Of a DNA stretch of 64,000 nucleotides, positions 32,601 to 45,600 are shown piece after piece (within the stretch, counting starts at the first letter, position 1; every line of letters starts with the position of its first letter). This DNA is from Mayamaea pseudoterrestris. Taxonomy: Eukaryota. Under the pieces are notes generated by a model that saw only the letters and a list, made by a program, of their open reading frames with translations, made no database searches and had not been told where the DNA came from. The position numbers and the translations under genes are program-made. The DNA lies in assembly GCA_027923505.1 (NCBI GenBank), contig BROI01000001.1, positions 682,001 through 746,000 on the forward strand, in the 5' to 3' direction.

Positions 32601-35600
32601 AAGGCAAAAGGCAAGCAGGAGGCTGATGCCCAAAACAAATTCACCAAGGAGGTATGACTTGGGCCCTCGGATCATGCACAGTGGCTGTACGCATAGAGTG
32701 TGTGGGCACTTCATGTTTGCCACTGCTAGGTTGGTGTTCGGCAGTTGGGTAGTACATACCAGCAACTTCTGCTGATCTGGAAGCAGGCAACATGCAGGAG
32801 GCAAATGCACAAAGTGAATGCACTATACAATATCCATTTGTGACCTTGGATCATGCCCCAAGCCAGTTTACAAAGAGATTGTGGGGATCTGATGTTTGCC
32901 ACTGCTAGGGTAGGCAGTCACATAGTACCTGCTAACTGAAGCTGCTGACCTGAAGGCAAAAGGCAAGCAGGAGGCTGATGCCCAAAACAAATTCACCAAG
33001 GAGGTATGTCTTGTGCCCTCGGATCATGCACAGTGGCTGTACGCATAGAGTGTGTGGGCACTTCATGTTTGCCACTGCTAGGTTGATGTTCGGCAGTTGG
33101 GTAGTACATACCAGCAACTTCTGCGGATCTGGAAGCAGGCAACATGCAGGAGGCAAATGCACAAAGTGAATGCACTATACAATATCCATTTGTGACCTTG
33201 GATCATGCCCCAAGCCAGTTTACAAAGAGATTGGGGGGATTCGATGTTTGCCCCTGCTAGAGTAGGCAGTCACATAGTACCTGCTAACTGAAGCTGCTGA
33301 CCTGAAGGCAAAAGGCAAGCAGGAGGCTGATGCGCAAAACAAATTCACCAAGGAGGTATGTCTTGTGCCCTCGGATCATGCACAGTGGCTGTACGCATAG
33401 AGTGTGTGGGCACTTCATGTTTGCCACTGCTAGGTTGGTGTTCGGCAGTTGGGTAGTACATACCAGCAACTTCTGCGGATCTGGAAGCAGGCAACATGCA
33501 GGAGGCAAATGCACAAAGTGAATGCACTATACAATATCCATTTGTGACCTTGGATCATGCCCCAAGCCAGTTTACAAAGAGATTGTGGGGATCTGATGTT
33601 TGCCACTGCTAGGGTAGGCAGTCACATAGTACCTGCTAACTGAAGCTGCTGACCTGAAGGCAAAAGGCAAGCAGGAGGCTGATGCGCAAAACAAATTCAC
33701 CAAGGAGGTATGTCTTGTGCCCTCGGATCATGCACAGTGGCTGTACGCATAGAGTGTGTGGGCACTTCATGTTTGCCACTGCTAGGTTGGTGTTCGGCAG
33801 TTGGGTAGTACATACCAGCAACTTCTGTGGATCTGGAAGCAGGCAACATGCAGGAGGCAAATGCACAAAGTGAATGCACTATACAATATCCATTTGTGAC
33901 CTTGGATCATGCCCCAAGCCAGTTTACAAAGAGATTGTGGGGATCTGATGTTTGCCACTGCTAGGGTAGGCAGTCACATAGTACCTGCTAACTGAAGCTG
34001 ATAACCTGAAGGCAAAAGGCAAGCAGGAGGCTGATGCGCAAAACAAATTCACCAAGGAGGTATGTCTTGTGCCCTCGGACCATGCACAGTGGCTGTATGC
34101 ATAGAGTGTGTGGGCACTTCATGTTTGCCACTGCTAGGTTGGTGTTTGGCAGTTGGGTAGTACATACCAGCAATTTCTGCGGATCTGGAAGCAGGCAACA
34201 TGCAGGAGGCAAATGCACAAAGTGAATGCACTATACAATATCCATTTGTGACCTTGGATCATGCCCCAAGCCAGTTTACAAAGAGATTGTGGGGATCTGA
34301 TGTTTGCCACTGCTAGGGTAGGCAGTCACATAGTACCTGCTAACTGAAGCTGCTGACCTGAAGGCAAAAGGCAAACAGGAGGCTGATGCGCAAAACAAAT
34401 TCACCAAGGAGGTATGTCTTGTGCCCTCGGATCATGCACAGTGGCTGTACGCATAGAGTGTGTGGGCACTTCATGTTTGCCACTGCTAGGTTGGTGTTCG
34501 GCAGTTGGGTAGTACATACCAGCAACTTCTGCGGATCTGGAAGCAGGCAACATGCAGGAGGCAAATGCACAAAGTAAATGCACTATATAATATCCATTTG
34601 TGACCTTGGATCATGCCCCAAGCCCGTTTACAAAGAGATTGTGGGGATCTGATGTTTGCCACTGCTAGGGTAGGCAGTCACATAGTACCTGCTAACTGAA
34701 GCTGCTGACCTGAAGGCAAAAGGCAAGCAGGAGGCTGATGCGCAAAACAAATTCACCAAGGAGGTATGTCTTGTGCCCTCGGATCATGCACAGTGGCTGT
34801 ACGCATAGAGTGTGTGGGCACTTCATGTTTGCCACTGCTAGGTTGGTGTTCGGCAGTTGGGTAGTACATACCAGCAACTTCTGCGGATCTGGAAGCAGGC
34901 AACATGCAGGAGGCAAATGCACAAAGTGAATGCACTATAAAATATCCATTTGTGACCTTGGATCATCCCCTAAGCCAGTTTACAAAGAGATTGTGGGGAT
35001 CTGATGTTTGCCACATCTAGGGTAGGCAGTCACATAGTACCTGCTAACTGAAGCTGTTGACCTGAAGGCAAAAGGCAAGCAGGAGGCTGATGCGCAAAAC
35101 AAATTCACCAAGGAGGTATGTCTTGTGCCCTCGGATCATGCACAGTGGCTGTACGCATAGAGTGTGTGGGCACTTCATGTTTGCCACTGCTAGGTTGGTG
35201 TTCGGCAGTTGGGTAGTACATACCAGCAACTTCTGCGGATCTGGAAGCAGGCAACATGCAGGAGGCAAATGCACAAAGTGAATGCACTATACAATATCCA
35301 TTTGTGACCTTGGATCATGCCCCAAGCCAGTTTACAAAGAGATTGTGGGGATCTGGTGTTTGCCACTGCTAGGGTAGGCAGTCACATAGTACCTGCTAAC
35401 TGAAGCTGCTGACCTGAAGGCAAAAGGCAAGCAGGAGGCTGATGCGCAAAACAAATTCACCAAGGAGGTATGTCTTGTGCCCTCGGATCATGCACAGTGG
35501 CTGTACGCATAGAGTGTGTGGGCACTTCATGTTTGCCACTGCTAGGTTGGTGTTCGGCAGTTGGGTAGTACATACCAGCAACTTCTGCGGATCTGGAAGC

Positions 35601-37706
35601 AGGCAACATGCAGGAGGCAAATGCACAAAGTGAATGCACTATACAATATCCATTTGTGACCTTGGATCATGCCCCAAGCCAGTTTACAAAGAGATTGTGG
35701 GGGGGTATGATGGTTGCCACTGCTACGGTAGGCAGTCACATAGTACCTGCTAACTGAAGCTGCTGACCTGAAGGCAAAANGGCAAGCAGGAGGCTGATGC
35801 GCAAAACAAATTCACCAAGGAGGTATGTCTTGTGCCCTCGGATCATGCACAGTGGCTGTACGCATAGAGTGTGTGGGCACTTCATGTTTGCCACTGCTAG
35901 GTTGGTGTTCGGCAGTTGGGTAGTACATACCAGCAACTTCTGCGGATCTGGAAGCAGGCAACATGCAGGAGGCAAATGCACAAAGTGAATGCACTATACA
36001 ATATCCATTTGTGACCTTGGATCATGCCCCAAGCCAGTTTACAAAGAGATTGTGGGGATCTGATGTTTGCCACTGCTAGGGTAGGCAGTCACATAGTACC
36101 TGCTAACTGAAGCTGCTGACCTGAAGGCAAAAGGCAAGCAGGAGGCTGATGCGCAAAACAAAATCACCAAGGAGGTATGTCTTGTGCCCTCGGATCATGC
36201 ACAGTGGCTGTACGCATAGAGTGTGTGGGCACTTCATGTTTGCCACTGCTAGGTTGGTGTTCGGCAGTTGGGTAGTACATACCAGCAACTTCTGCGGATC
36301 TGGAAGCAGGCAACATGCAGGAGGCAAATGCACAAAGTGAATGCACTATACAATATCCATTTGTGACCTTGGATCATGCCCCAAGCCAGTTTACAAAGAG
36401 ATTGTGGGGATCTGATGTTTGCCACTGCTAGGGTAGGCAGTCACATAGTACCTGCTAACTGAAGCTGCTGACCTGAAGGCAAAAGGCAAGCAGGAGGCTG
36501 ATGCGCAAAACAAATTCACCAAGGAGGTATGTCTTGTGCCCTCGGATCATGCACAGTGGCTGTACGCATAGATGCGCTGGGCACTTCATGTTTGCCACTG
36601 CTAGGTTGGTGTTTGGCAGTTGGGTTACATACCAGCAACTTCTGTGGATCTGGAAGCAGGCAACAAGCAGGAGGCAAATGCACATATGATGCACTCTACA
36701 CTATCCATTTGTGACCTTGGATCATGCCCCAAGCCAGTTTACAAAAAGGAGGGTGCTGGGGATCTGATGTTTGCCACTGCTAGGGTTGGAGCAGTCACAT
36801 AGTACCTGCCAACTGAAGCTCTGACCTGAAGGCAAAAAGGCAAAGCCCAGGAGGCTGATGAACCAAATTCACCAGGAGGTATGTCTTGTGCCCTTGTCAT
36901 GCACAGTGGCTGCGCATAGAGTGTGTGGGCACTTGTGTTTGCCACTGCTAGTTGGGTGTTCGGCAGTTGGGTGTAGATACCAGCAACTTCTGCGGATCCA
37001 AAAGCAGGAGAGCAAATGCACAAGTGGATGCACTATACAATATCCATTGTGACCTTGGATCATGCCCCAAGCCAGTTTACACAAAGAGATTGTGGGGATC
37101 TGATGTTTGCCACTGCTAGAGGTAGGCAGTCATAGTACCTGCAACTGGAGCTGCTGACCTGAAGGCAAAGGCAAGCAGGAGGCTGATGTGCAAAACAAAT
37201 TCACCAGGAGGTATGTCTTGTGCCCTCGGATCATGCACAGTGGCTGTGCGCATAGAGTGTGTGGGCACTTCATGTTTGCCACTGCTAGGTTGGTGTTCGG
37301 CAGTTGGGTAGTACATACCAGCAACTTCTGCGGATCTGGAAGCAGGAAACAAGCAGGAGGCAAATGCACAAAGTGAATGCACTATACAATATCCATTTGT
37401 GACCTTGGATCATGCTCCAAGCCAGTTTACAAAGAGATTGTGGGGATCTGATGTTTGCCACTGCTAGGGTAGGCAGTCACAAGGTACCTGCCAACAGAAG
37501 CTGCTGACCTGAAGGCAAAAGGCAAACAGGAGGCTGATGCGCAAAACTAATTCACCAAGGAGGTATGTCTTGTGCCCTCGGATCATGCACAGTGGCTGTA
37601 CGCATAGAGTGTGTGGGCACTTCATGTTTGCCACTGCTAGGTTGGTGTTTGGCAGTTGGGTAGCAGGTACCAGCAACTCCTGCGGATCTGGAGGCAGGCA
37701 ACATGC
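29613..37706. repeat. Satellite family E, 352-bp monomer (173+179 dimer), ~23 copies
   Basis: Identical ORFs recur at 352-bp spacing. ATGTTTGCCACTGCTAGG occurs twice per monomer (e.g. 29726, 29899). Confidence 0.95.
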
Positions 37707-40700
37707 CTGGACATTCAAACACTCCTACAACAAGCCATGTACACCCAAATCACACCAGAATGATGCCAACATCATTATTCAGGCTGCGCAACGATGGTAT
37801 GTGGCTGGGGTCTGAAGACTGCAATGATATTGGTGACAACGTGTAGCGGCTTGCCAGGTGCCATGACATTCAAACGCCCCTACAGCAAGCCATGCATACA
37901 CCCAAATCACACCAAAATGATGCCAACATCATTATTCAGGCTGCACCAACAAGATGGTATGCTTGGCTGGGGTCTCAGAGACTGCAATGATATTGGTGAC
38001 AACTCACCAGTCTCGGCTAGAGCCTTGACATTCAAAGCCCCTACAGCAAGCCATGTATACACCCAAATCACACCAGAATGATGCGACATCATTTTCAGGC
38101 TGCGCTACAATCTGCCTTGGTGGTGTGTAGCTGCATTGGTGACTTGTCGTCTCAGCTTGCAGATGCCTCGACATTCAAACGCCTACAGCAAGCCGTAGTA
38201 CCAAATCACACACCAGTGATGCCAACATCATTATTCGAGCTCTTGCCCAACAAGATGAGTACGGCTTGGCTGGGTCTCAGTAGACTGCAATGATATTGGT
38301 GACAGCATCTAGTCTCAGCCATCGAGATGCCTTACGTTCAAAAGGCCTGCAAGCCATGTGTACACCGAAAATCACAAGAATGATGCCAACATCATTAATC
38401 AGGCTGCTCTACAAATGGTTTGCTTGGATGGTGTCTCAGTAGACTGCAATGATATTGGTCTTAATTCACCAGTCTCCCGCCCAAGATGCCTTGACATTCA
38501 GCGCGCCTCACAGCAAGCCATGTATACACCCAAATCACACCAGAATGATGCCAACATCATTACTCAGGCTGCGCAACAAGATGGTATGCTTGGCTGGTGT
38601 CTCAGAAGACTGCAATGATATTGGTGACAACTTGTCACCAGTCTCAGCCTGCAGATGCCTAGACATTCAAACGCCCCTACATCAAGCCATGCATACACCC
38701 AAATCACACCAGAATAATGCCAACATCATTATTCAGGCTGCTCTACAAGCTGGTATGCTTGGCTGGGCTGGAGGCATAGTCTCAGCTTGCAGGGCTTGAA
38801 TTCAAACCCTACAGCAAGCCATGTATACACCCAAATCACACCAGAATGATGCCAACATCATTATTCAGAATGCTCTACAAGCTGGTATGCTTGGCTGGTG
38901 TCTCAGTAGACTGCAATGTGATTGGTGACAACTTGTCACCAGTCTCAGCCCGCAGATGCCTTGACATTCAAACGCCCCTATAGCAAGCCATGTATACACC
39001 CAAATCACACCAGAATGATGCCAACATCATTATTCAGGCAGCGCAACAAGATGGTATGCTTGGCTGGGGTCTCAGAAGACTGCAATGATATTGGTGACAA
39101 CTTGTCACCAGTCTCAGCCCGCAGATGCCTTGACATTCAAACGCCCCTCTAGCAAGCCATGTATACACCCAAATCACACCAGAATGATGCCAACATCATT
39201 ATTCAGGCTGCGCAACAAGATGGTATGCATGGCTGGTGTTTCAGAAGACTGCAATGATATTGGTGACAACTTGTCACCAGTCTCAGCCCGCAGATGCCTT
39301 GACATTCAAACGCCCCTACAGCAAGCCATGTATACACCCAAATCACACCAGAATGATGCCAACATCATTATTCAGAATGCTCTACAAGCTGGTATGCTTT
39401 GCTGGTGTCTCAGTAGACTGCAATGTGATTGGTGACAACTTGTCACCAGTCTTAGCCCAAAGATGCCTTGACAATCAAAAGCCCCTATAGCAAGCCATGT
39501 ATACACCCAAATCACACCAGAATGATGCCAACATCATTATTCAGGCAGCGCAACAAGATGGTATGCTTGGCCGGGGTCTCAGAAGACTGCAATGATATTG
39601 GTTACAACTTGTCACCAGTCTCAGCTTGCAGGGGCCTTGACATTCAAATGCCCCTACAGCAAGCCATGTATACACCCAAATCACACCAGAATGATGCCAA
39701 CATCATTATTCAGGCTGCGCAACAAGATGGTATGCTTGGATAATGTCTCAGTAGACTGCAATGATATTGGTGACAACTTGTCACCAGTCTCAGCCTGCAG
39801 ATGCCTTGACATTCAAACGCCCCTACAGCAAGCCATGTATACACCCAAATCACACCAGAATGATGCCAACATCATTATTCAGGCTGCGCAACAAGATGGT
39901 ATGCTTGGCTGGGGTCTCAGAAGACTGCAATCAGTCTCAGCCTGCAGATGCAGCCTTGACATTCAAACGCCCATACAGCAAGCCATGTATACACCCAAAT
40001 CACACCAGAATGATGCCAACATCATTATTCAGGCTGCGCAACAAGATGGTATGCTTGGCTGGGGTCTCAGAAGACTGCAATCATATTGGTGACAACTTGT
40101 CACCAGTCTCAGCCCGCAGTGCCTTGACATTCAAACGCCCCTACAGCAAGCCATGTATACACCCAAATCACACCAGAATGATGACAACATCATTATTCAG
40201 GCTGCGCAACAAGATGGTATGCTTGGCCCGGGTCTCAGAAGACGGCAATGATATTGGTGACAACTTGTCACCAGTCTCAGCCCGCAGATGCCTTGACATT
40301 CAAATGCCCCTACAGCAAGCCATGTATACACCCAAATCACACCATAATGATGCCAACATCATTATTCAGGCTGCGCTACAAGATGGTATGCTTGGCTGGG
40401 ATCTCAGTAGACTGCAATGATATTGGTGACAACTTGTCACCAGTCTCAGCCCACAGATGCCTTGACATTCAAACGCCCCTACAGCAAGCCATGTATACAC
40501 CCAAATCACACCAGAATGATGCCAACATCATTATTCAGGCTGCTCTACAAGCTGGTATGCTTGGATGGTGTCTCAGAAGACTGCAATCATATTGGTGACA
40601 ACTTGTCACCAGTCTCAGCCCGCAGATGCCTTGACATTCAAACGCCTCTACAGCAGGCCATGTATACACCCAAATCACACCAGAATGATGCCAACATCAT

Positions 40701-41936
40701 TATTCAGGCTGCGCAACAAGATGGTATGCTTGGATAATGTCTCAGTAGATTGCAATCATATTGGTGACAACTTGACACCAGTCTCAGCCCGCAGTGCCTT
40801 GACATTCAAACGCCCCTACAGCAAGCCATGTATACACCCAAATCACACCAGAATGATGCCAACATCATTATTCAGGCTGCGCAACAAGATGGTATGCTTG
40901 GATAATGTCTCAGTAGACTGCAATGATATTGGTGACAACTTGTCACCAGTCTCAGCCCGCAGATGCCTTGACATTCAAACGACACCCCAAGCCATGTATA
41001 CACCCAAATCACACCAGAATGATGCCAACATCATTATTCAGGCTGCGCAATAAGATGGTATAGTTGGCTGGGGTCTCAGAAGACTGCAATCATATTGGTG
41101 ACAACTTGTCACCAGTCTCAGCCCGCAGATGCCTTGACATTCAAACACCCCTACAGCAAGCCATGTATACACCCAAATCACACCAGAATGATGCCAACAT
41201 CATTATTCAGGCTGCGCAACAAGCTGGTATGCTTGGCTGGTGTCTCAGAAGACTGCAATCATATTGGTGACAACTTGTCACCAGTCTCAGCCTGCAGGTG
41301 CCTTGACATTCAAACGCCCCTACAGCAAGCCATGTGTACACCCAAATCACAACAGAATGATGCCAACATCATTATTCGGGCTACGCAACAAGATGGTATG
41401 CTTGGCTGGGGTCTCAGTAGACTGCAATGTGATTGGTGACAACTTGTCACCAGTCTCAGCCCGCAGATGCCTTGACATTCAAACGCCCCTACAGCAAGCC
41501 ATGTGTACACCGAAATCACACCAGAATGATGCCAACATCATTATTCAGGCTGCGCAATAAGATGGTATGCTTGGCTGGGGTCTCAGTAGACTGCAATGTG
41601 ATTGGTGACAACTTGTCACCAGTCTCAGCCCGCAGATGCCATGACATTCAAACGCCCCTACAGCAAGCCATGTATACACCCAAATCACACCAGAATGATG
41701 CCAACATCATTATTCAGGCTGCGCTACAAGCTGGTATGCTTGGGGCTCTCAGTAGACTGCAATCATATTGGTGACAACTTGTCACCAGTCTCAGCTCCGC
41801 AGATGCCATGACATTCCCAGCAAGCCATGTGTACACCTAAACACACCCCAATGAGCCAACATCATTATTCAGGCTGCGCTACAAGATGGTACGCTTGGCT
41901 GGGGTCTCAGAAGACTGCAATCATATTGGTGACAAC
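37707..41936. repeat. Satellite family C (subfamily C2), 169-bp monomer, ~25 copies
   Basis: Same backbone as 19357-21720 with fixed differences, e.g. CAGAAGACTGCAATGATA vs CAGGGGATGGCAATGTAT and CATGTATACACCC vs CCTGTAGGTGCCC. The first ~1 kb is noisy. Confidence 0.93.
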
Positions 41937-42179
41937 TCTCTGTCAATTCACCTTCCTTCGCCCTCTTCCTCGCCACATCTTTTCCGCGATGGTTGTGGGG
42001 TCTCGTACTGCATTGGTGGCAGCTTGCTCTTCGCTTTCGCCTGCCCTTCGGCATGCTTGCCTCTACTTCATTTTTCGCTTCTTGGGGGGCTGTGTCCTTG
42101 CTTTCCCGCATTCGTGCGTTCCCGCTCCGTTCCTCTCCGTTCGTCGTTTCCCTTCCGCGTTCTCTTCGTTCCTCTCGTT

Positions 42180-42645
42180 CATGCATTCACGCATTCACGC
42201 GTTCATTCATGCATTCAGTTCGCATTCGCATTCACTCATTCATGCATTCACGCATTCACGCATTTATGCATTCACGCATTCATGCATTCACGTCTCGCAT
42301 TCGCGCCAATCGCTCATTCATGCATTATTCACCATTCACGCATTACGCATTCACGCATTCACGCATTCATGCATTCCCGCATTCGCATTCGCATTCACTT
42401 TCATGCATTCACGCATCCGTTTTCACGCATTCGCGCATTCACCCTTCATGCATTCACGTTCTGCATTCCGCGTTACGCATTTGCGTTCACGCATTCATGC
42501 ATTCACGCATTCACGCATTCACGCATTCATGCATTCACGCATTCACGCATTCACGCATTCCCGCATTCACGCATTCACGCATTCACGCATTCACACATTC
42601 CCGCATTCACGCATTCATGCATTCATGCATTCACGCATTCACGCA
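42180..42645. repeat. 8-bp simple repeat (GCATTCAY)n
   Basis: GCATTCAC/GCATTCAT tandem units, degenerate on the left and clean on the right. Preceded by a pyrimidine-rich noisy stretch at 41937-42180. Confidence 0.9.
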
Positions 42646-42649
42646 TGTT

Positions 42650-45600
42650 GGGCCAAAACATGTCCAGGGTATGCCATTGACAGGTGCAGAGTCTCAAATG
42701 GTGCATAAAGGACTGCCTGGAGGCTGACACCATGGGTACGGCCTCCACGGTGGGTATGGCCAACACCACAAGTTGTCGATTCTGACCTGTCAAACGCCCC
42801 ATGCCTTGGCCACCCAAATACCCAATGAGTCAGGCCAAACATGTCCAGGGTATGCCATTGACAGGTGCAGAGTCTCAAATGTTGCAAAAGGACTGCCTGG
42901 AGGCTGACACCATGGGTACGGCCTCCACGGTGGGTATGGCCAACACCACAAGTTGTCGATTCTGACCTGTCAAACGCCCCATGCCCTGGCCACCCAAATA
43001 CCCAATGAGTCAGGCCAAACATGTCCAGGGTATGCCATTGACAGGTGCAGAGTCTCAAATGGTGCAAAAAGACTGCCTGGAGGCTGACACCATGGGTACG
43101 GCCTCCACGGTGGGTATGGCCAACACCACAAGTTGTCGATTCTGACCTGTAAACGCCTCATGCCCTGGCCACCCAAATACCCAATGAGTCAGGCCAAACA
43201 TGTCCAGGGTATGCCATTGACAGGTGCAGAGTCTCAAATGGTGCAAAAGGACTGCCTGGAGGCTGACACCATGGGGACGGCCTCCACGGTGGGTATGGCC
43301 AACACCACAAGTTGTCGATTCTGTCGTGAGAAAGGCCCCAAGCCCTGGCCACCCAAATACCCAATGAGTCAGGCCAAACATGTCCAGGGTATGCCATTGA
43401 CAGGTGCAGAGTCTCAAATGGTGCAAAAAGGACTGCCTGGAGGCTGACACCATGGGTACGGCCTCCACGGTGGGTATGGCCAACACCACAAGTTGTCGAT
43501 TCTGACCTGTCAAACGCCCCATGCCCTGGCCACCCAAATACCCAATGAGTCAGGCCAAACATGTCCAGGGTATGCCATTGACAGGTGCAGAGTCTCAAAT
43601 GGTGCAAAAGGACTGCCTGGAGGCTGACACCATGGGTACGGCCTCCACGGTGGGTATGGCCAACACCACAAGTTGTCGATTCTGACCTGTCAAACGCCCC
43701 ATGCCCTGGCCACCCAAATACCCAATGAGTCAGGCCAAACATGTCCAGGGTATGCCATTGACAGGTGCATAGTCTCAAATGGTGCAAAAAGGACTGCCTG
43801 GAGGCTGACACCATGGGTACGGCCTCCACGGTGGGTATGGCCAACACCACAAGTTGTCGATTCTGACCTGTCAAACGCCCCATGCCCTGGCCACCCAAAT
43901 ACCCAATGAGTCAGGCCAAACATGTCCAGGGTATGCCATTGACAGGTGCAGAGTCTCAAATGGTGCAAAAGGACTGCCTGGAGGCTGACACCATGGGTAC
44001 GGCCTCCACGGTGGGTATGGCCAACACCACAAGTTGTCGATTCTGACCTGTCAAACGCCCCATGCCCTGGCCACCCAAATACCCAATGAGTCAGGCCAAA
44101 CATGTCCAGGGTATGCCATTGACAGGTGCAGAGTCTCAAATGGTGCAAAAAGGACTGCCTGGAGGCTGACACCATGGGTACGGCCTCCACGGTGGGTATG
44201 GCCAACACCACAAGTTGTCGATTCTGACCTGTCAAACGCCCCATGCCCTGGCCACCCAAATACCCAATGAGTCAGGCCAAACATGTCCAGGGTATGCCAT
44301 TGACAGGTGCAGAGTCTCAAATGGTGCAAAAAGGACTGCCTGGAGGCTGACACCATGGGTACGGCCTCCACGGTGGGTATGGCCAACACCACAAGTTGTC
44401 GATTCTGACCTGTCAAACGCCCCATGCCCTGGCCACCCAAATACCCAATGAGTCAGGCCAAACATGTCCAGGGTATGCCATTGACAGGTGCAGAGTCTCA
44501 AATGGTGCAAAAGGACTGCCTGGAGGCTGACACCATGGGTACGGCCTCCACGGTGGGTATGGCCAACACCACAAGTTGTCGATTCTGACCTGTCAAACGC
44601 CCCATGCCCTGGCCACCCAAATACCCAATGAGTCAGGCCAAACATGTCCAGGGTATGCCATTGACAGGTGCATAGTCTCAAATGGTGCAAAAAGGACTGC
44701 CTGGAGGCTGACACCATGGGTACGGCCTCCACGGTGGGTATGGCCAACACCACAAGTTGTCGATTCTGACCTGTCAAACGCCCCATGCCCTGGCCACCCA
44801 AATACCCAATGAGTCAGGCCAAACATGTCCAGGGTATGCCATTGACAGGTGCAGAGTCTCAAATGGTGCAAAAAGGACTGCCTGGAGGCTGACACCATGG
44901 GTACGGCCTCCACGGTGGGTATGGCCAACACCACAAGTTGTCGATTCTGACCTGTCAAACGCCCCATGCCCTGGCCACCCAAATACCCAATGAGTCAGGC
45001 CAAACATGTCCAGGGTATGCCATTGACAGGTGCAGAGTCTCAAATGGTGCAAAAAGGACTGCCTGGAGGCTGACACCATGGGTACGGCCTCCACGGTGGG
45101 TATGGCCAACACCACAAGTTGTCGATTCTGACCTGTCAAACGCCCCATGCCCTGGCCACCCAAATACCCAATGAGTCAGGCCAAACATGTCCAGGGTATG
45201 CCATTGACAGGTGCAGAGTCTCAAATGGTGCAAAAAGGACTGCCTGGAGGCTGACACCATGGGTACGGCCTCCACGGTGGGTATGGCCAACACCACAAGT
45301 TGTCGATTCTGACCTGTCAAACGCCCCATGCCCTGGCCACCCAAATACCCAATGAGTCAGGCCAAACATGTCCAGGGTATGCCATTGACAGGTGCAGAGT
45401 CTCAAATGGTGCAAAAAGGACTGCCTGGAGGCTGACACCATGGGTACGGCCTCCACGGTGGGTATGGCCAACACCACAAGTTGTCGATTCTGACCTGTCA
45501 AACGCCCCATGCCCTGGCCACCCAAATACCCAATGAGTCAGGCCAAACATGTCCAGGGTATGCCATTGACAGGTGCAGAGTCTCAAATGGTGCAAAAAGG

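Noticed and set aside
36570..38810. Apparent divergence gradient at the E/C2 boundary
   Set aside because: Indel-rich noise downstream of an N at 35780 suggests low-coverage consensus rather than real ageing.
41827..42727. His/Ala/Phe-rich ORFs open in three frames
   Set aside because: Translation of the stop-free (GCATTCAY)n repeat.
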